Shown here piece after piece: positions 8,507-19,900 of a DNA stretch of 64,000 bases (within the stretch, counting starts at the first letter, position 1; each line of letters begins with the position of its first letter). The position numbers and the translations under genes were made by a program. Under the pieces are notes generated by a model. That model saw nothing but the letters and a program-made list of their open reading frames with translations, did not search any database and was not told where the DNA came from. Source of the stretch: Anaerolineae bacterium. Its GTDB lineage: Bacteria; Chloroflexota; Anaerolineae; UBA1429. The stretch covers positions 736,001 through 800,000 of the forward strand of contig OY776562.1 of NCBI GenBank assembly GCA_963675785.1, read 5' to 3'.

Positions 8507-10468
8507 ATGTATATCGCTAAATCAAGAGCAATTGAACATCGAGCAATTCTTAACCTTGTCCAAAGGCTGTGGTTTCCTCTGGCTTTGGCAGGTGTCATAT
8601 TGGGGTTTTACTGGGCCAGTCTCTCCTTTCCCTTGATATGGGACGATCCTCAGTGGTACCAACAGGGAGCAGGTCGTTCTCTCTGGGAACTCTTGGGCCC
8701 CACGCCTAGCTATCAGTTCTATCGCCCCTTGGCGCTCTTTTGGAGCAATTGTTTCCTTGTTGATGGTACCGTGGATGTACAAGCGGCTCATATCGTTCAG
8801 CTCTTGGTGCATCTTGCCAATACGTTGCTGGCCCTAAAATTAGCCCTTTCACTGGGCCTGAATCATCGCACGTCTCGTTTAGCCGCGCTCGTTTTTGCCC
8901 TACATCCCTTCTCTTACCAAGCCGTCTCTTGGCAGGCCGCCCATCAACCTTTTTCGCTGTTGTTCATCCTTCTGGCGGTTGATCTTGCTCTGATCTATGG
9001 CCGTGACAAGAAATGGTGGATACTGACTGCTAGCGCCTTTACTTATGCGTGCGCCCTTCTTTTCCATGAGAGCGCGGCTGCCTTTGTCTGGGTGTTCTTT
9101 GGCATTGCCTTGGTCCCGGCGCTTAAAAACGCTCAGTGGCGTTCATGGAGATGGCTAAAAAAGAATCTTTGGCCCTTGATCTTTGTGGCTCTGGTGGGCA
9201 TCTATGTTTGGATCTGGTGGAGTATTCCTCGACTGGATGCCTATACTGTATTCTCCCCCGAGATGATATCGCTTGTTTATCTCTTGCAGTCCATCGTGGC
9301 TCCTCTGGCTGCTTTGGTGCAGCTCTGCGGACTGAATCTTTCTACCATCGCTCTGTTCATCGTGCTATTGATTGGCATCACTGGACTGTTCGTCTGGGTG
9401 GGCAAGAGCAAGGGGTGGTTTGTCTCATCAGTGGCCCTTCTTTGGGCGCTAGTGGGTCTTGCCCCTGTGTGGGTCGGCCTCGATTGGGGCTATATCCAGC
9501 TGGGACCTCGCTTGGTCTATCAATCATTGCCTGGTACGGCGCTTCTGTGGGCTCTCGCCATGGATGCTCTCTGTGTTCATCACCGCTTGGCTGTTCGCTT
9601 ATTGGGAATCGTCACCATAGTTTTTGTCTTCGGGGTAGCCATCTGGCAACTTTATCAGCAAGATGGACTGAGTCGGGTGGCTTCGCGTTTGCAGAGTGAT
9701 TTATTGGCGACCATGCCCGATGATGGCGAAAAATACCTTTTTGTGAACTATCCCGACCGTTTATCGCTAGAGCAAACGCCATTCCCTCTCGGATATTGGG
9801 GGATCATTATTTCACCAGCTGCAGCTCAGATCGATGTTTCGGACTTTGCCTACATGACCAGTGGCGTACAAGTAGAGACTACCAATGTCTCGGTGCCTGC
9901 CTTGGAATTGGATGAGCGTGAAGAATTCGATTTCAAGATTGATTTGCGGGGAGTTCCTGTTGGCTCCGCCGAGTTCTCAAAGCTTGCCCTGAGCGCTGAT
10001 CATGTGTATGTGACGCGCTATCAAGACGGACGCATCTTTCTTCAAGATGAGACCAAAGATTCGGCGCTTTACGAAGAGATAGAAGCGATATTCGGCGATT
10101 TCCTGCTTCTCAGGAATTACAACCTAGAAGTAGTCAATCATAGTCTATCAATCAATTTGGTGTGGGAAGCGTTGGACCAAGGGGTTGTTGGCGATACGAT
10201 TTTCGTCCATCTCCTGTCGCCTGAGGGTGTCTATCTGGCCGGAGCGGACGGCGATCTCATGTTGGGTATCCTGCCCCTTTTCGAATGCCCCATAGGTGAA
10301 CTCATCACAGATAAACGTTCGATTGATGTGGGCGATCTTGTAGGACAAGAGTGTGTCGTGACTGTGGGGATTTACAATCGCGATTCGGGGATTCGCGCAA
10401 CCGTGCAGACTTCAGATTTGGGCATTACTAACGACGAAGCCATTCTCGGTAGCGTTTTTATTCCCTAG
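8507..10468 (+). CDS. Multipass membrane protein, GT-C-like N-terminus with a soluble C-terminal domain
   Basis: WDD after the first TM helix, FYRPL, FALHP, and a C-terminal L.W...FVHL...VG.Y pattern. Confidence 0.65.
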   Translation: MYIAKSRAIEHRAILNLVQRLWFPLALAGVILGFYWASLSFPLIWDDPQWYQQGAGRSLWELLGPTPSYQFYRPLALFWSNCFLVDGTVDVQAAHIVQLLVHLANTLLALKLALSLGLNHRTSRLAALVFALHPFSYQAVSWQAAHQPFSLLFILLAVDLALIYGRDKKWWILTASAFTYACALLFHESAAAFVWVFFGIALVPALKNAQWRSWRWLKKNLWPLIFVALVGIYVWIWWSIPRLDAYTVFSPEMISLVYLLQSIVAPLAALVQLCGLNLSTIALFIVLLIGITGLFVWVGKSKGWFVSSVALLWALVGLAPVWVGLDWGYIQLGPRLVYQSLPGTALLWALAMDALCVHHRLAVRLLGIVTIVFVFGVAIWQLYQQDGLSRVASRLQSDLLATMPDDGEKYLFVNYPDRLSLEQTPFPLGYWGIIISPAAAQIDVSDFAYMTSGVQVETTNVSVPALELDEREEFDFKIDLRGVPVGSAEFSKLALSADHVYVTRYQDGRIFLQDETKDSALYEEIEAIFGDFLLLRNYNLEVVNHSLSINLVWEALDQGVVGDTIFVHLLSPEGVYLAGADGDLMLGILPLFECPIGELITDKRSIDVGDLVGQECVVTVGIYNRDSGIRATVQTSDLGITNDEAILGSVFIP

Positions 10469-10479
10469 AAGGTAAATTC

Positions 10480-10908
10480 CTACTCGTCGTCATCGTCTGC
10501 TGCTTGCTGCGGAAAGATGATCTCTAGTACATGGCCGTGCACATCAACCACAACACGAAACCCCATGAGTCGTAGCCAAGGTATCCACTGGTCGCGATCT
10601 ACTGTGCGAATGTTCTTATCCAAGTTCCGTATCGAAGCATCGATGGCTGCCTTGGTAAAGATATCGTCCTTACCCATCATCTCTAGCATAGAACGCACAA
10701 CTTCGTCCTGCACAGATGTGATCTGCTCTTTGATACCCTCTAGCACAACCTGGTCGATGTCTTCGGCGATGACATGCCGCAAAAAACCGTCATCGGGAAT
10801 AGCATAGTGAGCAACCCCACCAATATAGGCAACCTCGGCAGGCTCACCTAGCTCGTTATAGATCAGACCTTCGAACAGCGGCAGAGTGGATGTGATCTGA
10901 TCGCTCAT
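10480..10908 (-). CDS. Conserved hypothetical protein (third gene of the SNF2 operon)
   Basis: Clean ORF directly following the SWIM gene; acidic tail. Start reassigned to 10908. Confidence 0.7.
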   Translation of the reverse strand: MSDQITSTLPLFEGLIYNELGEPAEVAYIGGVAHYAIPDDGFLRHVIAEDIDQVVLEGIKEQITSVQDEVVRSMLEMMGKDDIFTKAAIDASIRNLDKNIRTVDRDQWIPWLRLMGFRVVVDVHGHVLEIIFPQQAADDDDE

Positions 10909-10912
10909 TTCA

Positions 10913-11752
10913 TCATTCCTCGGCTTTCTCGCCGTTATTGACTGGCTCCTCATAGGCAATCTTTAGCGCTTGTTGCGATACCGTACTATACACTTTTGCA
11001 AGCCTTGCCATCAAGCTGCTGTCATTGATGAATCCCGGGCGCCCAAGTAGTTTGATGATCTGCATTCTAATCTCGGGCCCGTGTACGCGAATGTGCACAT
11101 CTGTGCCTTCAGGGCCCATCTCCCAATACGAGTCAATACATTCTTCGAGCGGAGGTTCGTAGGCCATGTCCGTCAAAGCGGCGCGTGCCTCTGATTTCTC
11201 CCCGTCGTTGGTCCCCCGCAATTCGCGCAGTGCCGCAATGATCTGTTCGCGGTTTCTGCCCCGCAGTTTGAACAAGAGATATGGGTCTTCGTCGAGCAAG
11301 TCACCAAAGGCGATACATGCTGCGGCTACATGCCGGCAGGGCACTGACCAGTTCGGCCCGCTGCATTCAGAGCCAATGTCACTCCGTTCAGAGGGTAACA
11401 ACGAGACGCCCTGCGCCTCAAAAATATCTTCAATATCGCGCGGTATCTCACCGTTCAGCAGGTGAGCAGAAAAACTGGCCTCTTCGGACATGGCTGCAAT
11501 GGCTTGTTCCCACACGTTGTCCCGAAAGGTCTGTACGCTGATGATGACGTGAAAGGTTTCTTCGTTCGGTTCGCTCACATCGGCTTCAAAGCGGCCGACG
11601 TCCACAACTAGATTCTTGACACGTCCGGCGCGAACATAGCGCATGCGCCCTGTGGATAGCAGGCTATTGCTAACCCATCCTTGCAGGGCTTGAAGCCACT
11701 TGCCAGACCACAATGTTTTATAATGCGTTCTGCCCATGTCCATGCTTGGCAT
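10913..11752 (-). CDS. SWIM zinc-finger family protein
   Basis: GR.Y.RAG.V motif, CSGP..PCRH SWIM-like motif and DPYLLFKLRG; coupled to the SNF2 gene. Confidence 0.85.
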   Translation of the reverse strand: MPSMDMGRTHYKTLWSGKWLQALQGWVSNSLLSTGRMRYVRAGRVKNLVVDVGRFEADVSEPNEETFHVIISVQTFRDNVWEQAIAAMSEEASFSAHLLNGEIPRDIEDIFEAQGVSLLPSERSDIGSECSGPNWSVPCRHVAAACIAFGDLLDEDPYLLFKLRGRNREQIIAALRELRGTNDGEKSEARAALTDMAYEPPLEECIDSYWEMGPEGTDVHIRVHGPEIRMQIIKLLGRPGFINDSSLMARLAKVYSTVSQQALKIAYEEPVNNGEKAEE

Positions 11753-14700
11753 TAGTCGTCTCCCAGCTCGTCGTCGATCGATTCTGAGCGCAGCAAGATA
11801 ACATCCTTGAGCTCATCCGTCGACAGTTCTGTGAGCCAGCCTTCGCCCGAGCCAACTACATTCTCGGCCAATTCGCGCTTGCTTTCGATGAGTGTATCAA
11901 TGCGTTCTTCAAGCGTGCCCGGGCAAATGAACTTGTGTACCTGTACATTTTGTGTTTGACCGATGCGGTAGGCGCGGTCAGTAGCTTGGTTCTCTACGGC
12001 CGGGTTCCACCAGCGATCATAATGGAATACGTGGTTGGCACGCATCAAGTTCAATCCCAAGCCGCCTGCTTTGAGCGAGAGCACAAAAATGGAAGGGGCG
12101 CGTTCATCTTCTTGGAATCGCTCCAGCATGTGGTCACGCTGGCGTTGCGGCGTGCCCCCGTGTAAAAAGAGCACCTCTTGGCCAAAATGTTCCTGCAAAT
12201 GGCGTTGCAAGACAAAGCCCATCTGGGCAAATTGGGTAAATACCAGCGCTCGATCGCCAACGGCCAGTACTTCTTCCAGCATCTCGGTCAGGCGGTTGAG
12301 CTTGCCTGACCGACTGGCCGATGCCGAACCGTCCGCCAGATAGAGCGCAGGATGATCGCAAATCTGCTTGAGCCGGGTGAGCATGGTAAGCACCATGCCC
12401 CGTCTCCTGATGCCCGACATATCCTTGCTGTCCTGATTGAGTTGGCTCAAGCCGTTTTGCACCACTGCCTGGTAAAGGCTAGCCTGCTCGCGCGTCAGGT
12501 TGCAATACACCTTGTACTCGAACTTTTCTGGCAAGTCTTGGATGACTTGCGGATCGGTTTTCACGCGGCGCAGCACAAAGGGGCGCACCAGTATCCGTAG
12601 TTTCTCGGATGCTGCCTCATCCTGGAAGCGCTCGATGGGCACAGCGAATTCGCGTCTAAAGCTCTCCAGCGAACCCAAATAACCGGGGAGCAAAAAGCTG
12701 ATGATGGACCACAGCTCTGAAAGGCGGTTCTCGATGGGTGTGCCAGTGAGGGCGATGCGATAGTCAGAATCCAACAGGCGTACGGCCCGTGCTTGTTTGG
12801 TATAAGGGTTCTTGATGTTCTGAGCTTCATCAAGGATAACGTTGGCCCAGCGCACTTGCCGCAAATCCTCGAGGTCACGACGCACCAAACCATACGTACT
12901 TACCACAATATCATTGCTCAGGCTCTGCTGAATAAAGTTCTCGCCTTCGGCGCGGCCGGTACCGTGATGTACCATCACGTTGAGATCGGGCGCAAAACGT
13001 TGAATTTCACGCTTCCAGTTGCCCACCAACGATGTGGGGCACACCAATAGCGTGGGGTTTTCTCCGCCGCCGTTCTTTCGCTCGTGCAGAACAAGGGCAA
13101 TAGCCTGGATGGTCTTGCCCAGACCCATGTCATCGGCTAGGCAGGCACCCAAATGCCAGTGCCGCAAAAAAGCCAACCACGAGAGGCCCCGTTTTTGGTA
13201 GGGACGCAACTCGCCCACAAAGTCTTCGGGTGTGTTGAGCTCGGGCAATTCCTGCCCGGAATCCAGTTGGCTCAAGAGACTGGCCAGCCAGCCATCTACT
13301 TCGATGGCGGATACTGTGAGCCCATCTAACTCGTCTTCAACACCCAGAGCCAACCCCAGAGCTTCGTGCAGCTCAATGCTTGACCGTTGCTGCTGTTTTT
13401 CCCAAAAGGCGATGGCTGCTTCCACTTGGTCCGGTTGCAGCAATACCCATCGCCCACGAACCTGGACCAGCGGCGTCTTGAGCTGAGCCAGGCGCTCAAA
13501 CTCTTCTTTCGTCAGCACCTCGTCGCCCAGAGCCAGTTCCCAGTCATATTCGACCAGGCTGTCCATGCTCAACATGCCCTTTTGTTGCGGCTCGATCATA
13601 TTGCCTTTGAGCTTGGCGCGTACGCTCAGGCGGGCGTCCGACCGATTCCACCAGGGCGGAACCATGACCGCAAACCCCTTTTCCTGCAAGAGCTGGGCGG
13701 TTTCGCGCAAAAAGCGAAAGGCCTCTTGGGCCGATAGTGTCGCCGATTCGGGTTTTTCTTTACGAAGGCTGCGCTGAATTGCCGTGCTGTATTGCGCGGC
13801 AATGCCCAGACCGGCCAGCAATCGTTCTTGTGCGTTCTCAAAGCTGTGATCGAGAAAACCGCCCGGGGCGATTTGTCCTTGCCACACGTCATGGACGGGT
13901 ACGAGCAGGCTGGGGTCTTTGACGGACTGGAACAGATATTCCAGTCGCCAATGTGCCTCAGAGCTCTCCAGGTCATAATCAGGAGCTTCCAGTCGGAAAC
14001 AGAGCTTAAAGTCGAAATGCTCGACTTGCTGTGATGGGTATGTCCAACTTCGCCAGGATTGCTGAAAGCGGTCGAGTTCGCCCCGTTTCGCTTCTGGCAC
14101 GGCCATGGTGTTATCGTCGGCGTAAAGCGCCTGCCACCAGGCACTGTCGACACGCGATGTTCGCACCCGCCGGGTTCGCTGCGCCAGGCCAAACTCTGCC
14201 GCATTGGGCGAGGCATAGGCCCAGTCTCGCACGGCCGAATCGACGAGGTTCTCGATAAAGCTAGACAGAACCGTATACGGGCGTGGCACCACTTCGCGCG
14301 CGTCATTCGCCGTTTCGCGAACTACGGCACGACATACGGGCGGCATGGCCTTCATCAGTAGGGTAAAGCGCTCGCGATCGTTCTCATCATTGATATAGGG
14401 CAACCAAATGGCGCCATAAGCATCGCCGTTTTTTTGCATACCGGGCAAAAAGCGTTCGCGAGCCAGCAACTCTAGGCCGAATTTGGCCACCAGACCCCAG
14501 TAACGCAAATCCTCGCCCAATTTATGGTCGTTCTGGCTGCCGTTCTGCATGGCAGGCAGCACCGTAAGCACGCGCAGCATATCGAGCACCGAAACGCCAA
14601 TACCTTCAACACGCCAGGGAGCCAGAATAGGCTCGGTATCTGGGTCAGGAGAGGCGTTATCCGCGGCTAACCAACCGGGTACAATAGGAGATTGCTCGCG

Positions 14701-14943
14701 CGATGGAAGCAGAGCAACGCGCGTGAGGCGCTGGGCACCCTGCCAGGCAATGCTCGGCACATAGTGCGACAGCAGATCCGCAATCTCGATAGTCGTCGCG
14801 CCGTACGGATGACGTAGAATGCGAGGTGTTTTGTTGTGTTGTGCGGGCAGCTCACGCCGAGCCCGCTCTGTCCAAACAAAGAAAAGGCCATCGGTTTGGC
14901 CGTCTCTGTCAGTTACCCAGGTTCCATGCAATACAGCTCGCAT
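11752..14943 (-). CDS. SNF2-family helicase/ATPase
   Basis: LRPYQ, LADDMGLGKT, DEAQ, LTGTPIEN, LSLKAGGLGLNL and WWNPAVENQATDRAYRIGQ motifs. Confidence 0.96.
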   Translation of the reverse strand: MRAVLHGTWVTDRDGQTDGLFFVWTERARRELPAQHNKTPRILRHPYGATTIEIADLLSHYVPSIAWQGAQRLTRVALLPSREQSPIVPGWLAADNASPDPDTEPILAPWRVEGIGVSVLDMLRVLTVLPAMQNGSQNDHKLGEDLRYWGLVAKFGLELLARERFLPGMQKNGDAYGAIWLPYINDENDRERFTLLMKAMPPVCRAVVRETANDAREVVPRPYTVLSSFIENLVDSAVRDWAYASPNAAEFGLAQRTRRVRTSRVDSAWWQALYADDNTMAVPEAKRGELDRFQQSWRSWTYPSQQVEHFDFKLCFRLEAPDYDLESSEAHWRLEYLFQSVKDPSLLVPVHDVWQGQIAPGGFLDHSFENAQERLLAGLGIAAQYSTAIQRSLRKEKPESATLSAQEAFRFLRETAQLLQEKGFAVMVPPWWNRSDARLSVRAKLKGNMIEPQQKGMLSMDSLVEYDWELALGDEVLTKEEFERLAQLKTPLVQVRGRWVLLQPDQVEAAIAFWEKQQQRSSIELHEALGLALGVEDELDGLTVSAIEVDGWLASLLSQLDSGQELPELNTPEDFVGELRPYQKRGLSWLAFLRHWHLGACLADDMGLGKTIQAIALVLHERKNGGGENPTLLVCPTSLVGNWKREIQRFAPDLNVMVHHGTGRAEGENFIQQSLSNDIVVSTYGLVRRDLEDLRQVRWANVILDEAQNIKNPYTKQARAVRLLDSDYRIALTGTPIENRLSELWSIISFLLPGYLGSLESFRREFAVPIERFQDEAASEKLRILVRPFVLRRVKTDPQVIQDLPEKFEYKVYCNLTREQASLYQAVVQNGLSQLNQDSKDMSGIRRRGMVLTMLTRLKQICDHPALYLADGSASASRSGKLNRLTEMLEEVLAVGDRALVFTQFAQMGFVLQRHLQEHFGQEVLFLHGGTPQRQRDHMLERFQEDERAPSIFVLSLKAGGLGLNLMRANHVFHYDRWWNPAVENQATDRAYRIGQTQNVQVHKFICPGTLEERIDTLIESKRELAENVVGSGEGWLTELSTDELKDVILLRSESIDDELGDD

Positions 14944-15067
14944 CGATAAGGTGTTACTCCATTTGACAAGAGGCTAACAACTGGCTCATTATTGTACAAC
15001 GCTTTGAGAACAGCGTCCAGAATCCAAGAGCCCCAATTTGTACTTGCACAATGAAAGAAGAAGATAT

Positions 15068-16063
15068 ATGACTACTGTTTCTAATGATGTTGTAAGTCAA
15101 GTTATTGCTTTCCACGGTCATTTCTGCCCCGGTTTAGCCACTGGCATTCGCGTTTCGGAAATAGCTCTCCGCATCTTGGGCCCTCGTGCTGCTGACGAAG
15201 AGATGATTGCCGTTGCCGAAACGCTCAACTGTGCGGTCGATGCCATCCAGTATCTTACAGGATGTAGCATTGGCAAGGGAAATCTGTTTCACCTTGATTA
15301 TGGCAAAAACGCGTTTACGCTGGCCCGACGCAGTGATGGAAAGGCCGTACGCATTGCCAGCAAACCTCGCAAGAGCCAGATGACCGACAAAGAGCAACAA
15401 CTCGTCTCCCGTGTCCGCAGCGGTGAGGCGACGACTGAAGAGCGAGCGGCTTACCAAGTATTATGGCGGCGCCGTGGCCAAGAAGTGCTGGATACCCCCG
15501 AGGACGAACTCTTTGTGATAACAGAATTGAACGATTACGAGTTTCCACCTGAGGCCGTCATCGTGCCCTCGGTCAAGTGCGACAAGTGTGGTGAACTCAC
15601 CATGTCGATCCGCATGACTCGCCTGGATGGTGCTAACCTCTGCCCGGCTTGCTTTGGCGTGGCTCCGCAGCTCACGCTGACGCAGGTGGGTACGGTGGAA
15701 AACGACCTTATCTATCCCGAGGTGGCGCCGCGCGTCAAGAGCGACCGTTCCGTCATTCATATTTTGCCGCAGTACATGCCAGCTTTGCAGGGCATTGAAG
15801 TGGGTGATTCTATCGAGCTGTACTTTATCTTTGATCGCGCTCCTGGCGAACTTTCACTGCTTCAACACCCTCGTGGTGATCAGAGCGTCCCACGCAAAGG
15901 CGTCTTTGCCTTACGCAGCCCGCATCGGCCGTCGCCCCTCGGCGTAACCGTGGTCGAAGTGTTGGAGCTGCTGCCGGACGGCATGGCTGTCAAAGGCTTG
16001 GATGCCTGGAGTGGCAGCCCCATAGTTGACATCAAGCCCAAACCGAAACATTATAGCGCCTGA
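15068..16063 (+). CDS. FmdE-family protein with zinc ribbon, fused to a TrmO/TsaA-like domain
   Basis: FHGHFCPG, CAVDAIQ, CDKCGE..CPAC, then GVFALRSPHRPSPLG and GLDA..GSPIVDIKP. Confidence 0.82.
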   Translation: MTTVSNDVVSQVIAFHGHFCPGLATGIRVSEIALRILGPRAADEEMIAVAETLNCAVDAIQYLTGCSIGKGNLFHLDYGKNAFTLARRSDGKAVRIASKPRKSQMTDKEQQLVSRVRSGEATTEERAAYQVLWRRRGQEVLDTPEDELFVITELNDYEFPPEAVIVPSVKCDKCGELTMSIRMTRLDGANLCPACFGVAPQLTLTQVGTVENDLIYPEVAPRVKSDRSVIHILPQYMPALQGIEVGDSIELYFIFDRAPGELSLLQHPRGDQSVPRKGVFALRSPHRPSPLGVTVVEVLELLPDGMAVKGLDAWSGSPIVDIKPKPKHYSA

Positions 16064-16099
16064 ATGGCCGCGTTGGCCTGGCATTCGATGGAGGAAACG

Positions 16100-16837
16100 A
16101 TGGGGAAAAAGATTCGCGTTACAGTGTGGAACGAGTACCGCCACGAGAAGAAGGATAAAGCCGTTTCGGACGTCTATCCTGAGGGCATTCACGGCCAGAT
16201 CGCCGCATTCCTTGGTGAGAACGCTGATTTGCAGATTCGCACCGCCACGCTCGATGAGCCCGATAATGGCCTGCCGCAGTCAGTCTTGGATGAGACCGAT
16301 GTATTGATTTGGTGGGGACATATGGCTCACGCCGACGTGCTGGATGAAACTGTAGATCGCGTACAAGCCCGCATTTTGCAAGGCATGGGCCTCATCGTGC
16401 TGCACTCGGGCCATTATTCCAAGATATTCAAGCGCATGATGGGCCAAACCTGCAATTTGAAATGGCGTGAAGTGGGCGAGCGCGAGCGCATTTGGTGTGT
16501 GCGCCCCGGTCATCCCATCGCCAAAGACGTGCCTGAAAAGTTTGTGATCCCTCACGCCGAGATGTATGGCGAGCCCTTTGATATTCCTCAACCCGACGAG
16601 CTTGTTTTCATCAGCTGGTTCCAGGGCGGCGAAGTGTTCCGCAGCGGCTGCTGCTACCATCGCGGCAAGGGCAAGATCTTTTATTTCTGCCCCGGCCACG
16701 AAACCTTCCCCATTTACTATCAAAAAGAAGTTCAGACCGTCATCAAGAACGCTGTTCATTGGGCAGCGCCGGTGGATGGTCCCACCATTACTTGGGATAA
16801 CGTCAAGGCTCAGGAAGAATTTGAGATTTCTGACTGA
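16100..16837 (+). CDS. thuA: Trehalose utilization protein, ThuA family
   Basis: VTVWNE, YPEGIH, WWGH.AH, LHSGH, EMYGE and PGHETFP motifs. Start at 16100 after GGAGG. Confidence 0.9.
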   Translation: MGKKIRVTVWNEYRHEKKDKAVSDVYPEGIHGQIAAFLGENADLQIRTATLDEPDNGLPQSVLDETDVLIWWGHMAHADVLDETVDRVQARILQGMGLIVLHSGHYSKIFKRMMGQTCNLKWREVGERERIWCVRPGHPIAKDVPEKFVIPHAEMYGEPFDIPQPDELVFISWFQGGEVFRSGCCYHRGKGKIFYFCPGHETFPIYYQKEVQTVIKNAVHWAAPVDGPTITWDNVKAQEEFEISD

Positions 16838-16854
16838 CCGGGCTTGGACAGACC

Positions 16855-16888
16855 AAAAAGGGTGTCCCTACAAGGGGCACCCTTTTTT
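16855..16888. terminator. Bidirectional intrinsic terminator between thuA and the RT gene
   Basis: AAAAAGGGTGTCCC, loop, GGGCACCCTTTTTT. Confidence 0.85.
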
Positions 16889-16983
16889 CTATGGGCGAGT
16901 GCTCAATGTGCTGACTGGAGCCGATTGACGATGGCGAGCAGGTGGCCGTTTGCACGCCCCTTTTTATGGGTTTGGCGTTGTAC

Positions 16984-19900
16984 TCAATCTGCCTTTTTAC
17001 GGTCTTGTTCAAACACGTATTTCCAGAGAGTGTGATTCTGTTTACGTTCTACGATGTCAGGCCTAAAATTAGGTGGGGTCGGCTTGAAAGTATCGTCATC
17101 GTGCTGCAATTCGTATTCTTTCCGCTGAAACTCGCGCAGTGCGTCAATATCGATCTCATCAACTAGTATGGCGCTGTTTTTACCGCCCTTCGTCTTAATG
17201 AGGTCACGTTTCTCTGTAGGCGATGGTGATGTGACTCTACTGTCGCCGTAATCTGACGAGTTCGCCTGAATACAGAAGCAATGAAGGTCACGGCACAGTG
17301 ATTCGATGATGCTACTAAAATAGTTGGTATCTCTATTCCACTCTACTGCTACCGTAAGGTCAGCATAAGATTGAAACAGCGCACGGTCTTGAATAGACGC
17401 TAACTCGTAGCAACAATATACAGAAAACCATACATCTCGCCAATAGAACAAGTGATAGGCGTTCCCCTCTATAGGAACAAATCGATATCCCTTAATTATC
17501 CGTTTTTCCTCTGGCGAATAATGTACCTTTTGATGATAGGTGATATAAGCATATTCATAGTTTTCTTGACGATAAGGCAAGATGATAGCTGTTAGATTAT
17601 ATACTTTTCGTTGTTTTTTATTTTCTCCTTCATGTGCTGGAGAAACTATGTGCTCAATACCTGTGATGAGCCCCATCTGATTTCTGGCACACAGCCTAGC
17701 AATGTCTGGGACCCATTCCCAGGGCAGATAGCTTTCGGGCAACACCAAAAGATCGACCTTCTCTTTGATTGCTGCACGGAGTAGATCTGAAAGCTGTTGG
17801 TATCGCTCAAAACTACGGTTTGCTTTCCCTGTAAGAGCCCCATAAAAATCCTTATCAGTGAGTCTGGCGTTTCCAATGGAGACTTTGAGTTTCTTGCAAG
17901 AATCATCTCCAATGGATATGGCATAACATCCTCTGTTTATAGTATCTTTTTTGAACTTTTCTGGACGAGTTCTCTCTGAAGTAGAGCTATTTTTGTTATC
18001 ACTTTTGTTCTCATCATCGCTCGCTATGCCACAGTGATCTTCATCAGCAGAGCAATCCCTAAATATTCCCACTTTTATTTTATCAAGAGCAAATTTCTTC
18101 CCATCTTCTTCCGATGTTGAGTTTCTTAAATTCGGATAATTCCACTCTCTATATAGAGTTTCTATTTTTTCTCGTTGTTTTATTGGATCTGGCAGATCAA
18201 CAGCACTGCTTATAGCCTGGCAGGTAAGGGCGAAAGAAAGCTCTTGTGGGGTCACCATATATGGATAATAGTGATATTCTTGATCTTCCCATTTCGCGTC
18301 CAAGTATCCTACCACATCCTCAAGTTTATAAAGACATACGTCGAAAGATAATTCATCAGAGAAAATAACCCCCAAAAGGCAATCTATTGGAAGAGGTATT
18401 ACATACTTGTTAATCATCCGTGTGGTACAGTAGTTCTTTCTAGTTTTCAAAAGAGAATCATAGGAGAAATCGATACAGAATTCATCCAAAGCTCCTGCTC
18501 CAACTCTAGGAACAGTCAGAGTTTTCATCGCTGCTTCCTCAATATTTTTGAGGGTTTTTTTGATGTTTGGTCCCCAACGTAACGCGGCTGTGCGACATAT
18601 GGCCGCACGAAGCGTTCTCAGGAGCGCTTCGTCTGACTCTTTGCTCGTTTTGACCTTTTCGTCCGGTACATGAAATTCGACGATGGTCTCCAAAATGTTG
18701 GTTATTAGCTTTTGGTAATTAGTCAAACGATCATTGACAATCATGATTTCCAACAGACGTTCCCACAAAGTGTGATTCTCTATAAGGGCATGCCGATCCA
18801 GAATGGTCAGAAGATCTCTATCAAAGACTGTCTCTTTTTTATCTCTAATCATGCCGCTGGCTTGGCGGTACTTGCCGAGAAACTTGGAGAGTGAGAATTT
18901 ATCCAATTCAACTCCGGCAACGCCTCGCAACTTATGGATACTGTCCTCTCTCTGCAAGTGGAATATTTCACTGTAATCATTTTTGTTGAGGAGAGTGTCC
19001 ATTTCCGGCAAATAGTTGAATCCACTTGCATTTTGAGCGATCTGTGTGTGGAAACAATCTAATAAAGCTCTACTTGCGCCTTTGCGAAAGTAGAATACCC
19101 TGACTTTGCTATCTTGTATTTGAATATCAGGATTTCCTTTTGTACTAAAGATAGCTGGGTTAATCTTATATGCTGAGGGAAAGTTTCGAGCTTGGGAACT
19201 CTCATCTGTGACTTGCGTTTTGTCTTGTTCCTTTGATGGTGTTTTCTTATCCTCTGATGGAGTCTCTCTGTTGCTTGTGATTCCTATAAACAGTTCTTGT
19301 TCATTCGGGCAGTCTGTTCGACTCGCAGGGCATGAACAAAAGTAATAGTTTATCACAAATTCTCTCGTTAGCCGCTCTGTTTGTTCTGTAATTTTCTCGC
19401 CATTCTTATATTTTTTCGATACTTCGTTTGCTTTTTTCTGTAACGGGCTATTTTTCTCTACTTTATCGACGATGATAATGTCATCCACATAGCGCCCATA
19501 GTAGACGGGGTTCCAGCGTTTGATGATAGCGTCATCAAACGGCGTAAGAGCCCAATTAGATAGGATTTTGGAGGGTAGGAAACCGATGGGCAGGATTGTA
19601 CGCTTTCCAATCTGCAATTCCATATCAGTACTTATTTCCCTTATTTTGTCCGAATAGGCACAAAGGACAGCATAGACAAACGCATGGATACGTTTGTAAA
19701 CGCGCTCCTGCCACGGTTCGAGAGTCTTGACATATTTAAACAGTTTTTCGAACTCTTCCTCCTGAATGTCGACGCTGTAATAGAAACTCTTGAAATCCAG
19801 AGTCAGAATCAGAGCATCTTGCTTATCATCAAGCCTACTCTTGGCGTATTGCAAAGCTTTGTCACGCCAGCTCTCATACTGAATAAAATAGGGCTCGAAT

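Noticed and set aside
16803-17166. Small ORFs at the RT 3' end (16803-17012 minus; 16942-17166 plus) as a possible DRT1 membrane partner
   Set aside because: The minus-strand ORF is not hydrophobic and runs through the terminator; the plus-strand ORF is antisense to the RT with no clear RBS.
19200-19275. TPSEDKK/TPSKEQDK repeat-like stretch inside the RT
   Set aside because: A short degenerate low-complexity linker, not an array or a DGR template/variable repeat pair.
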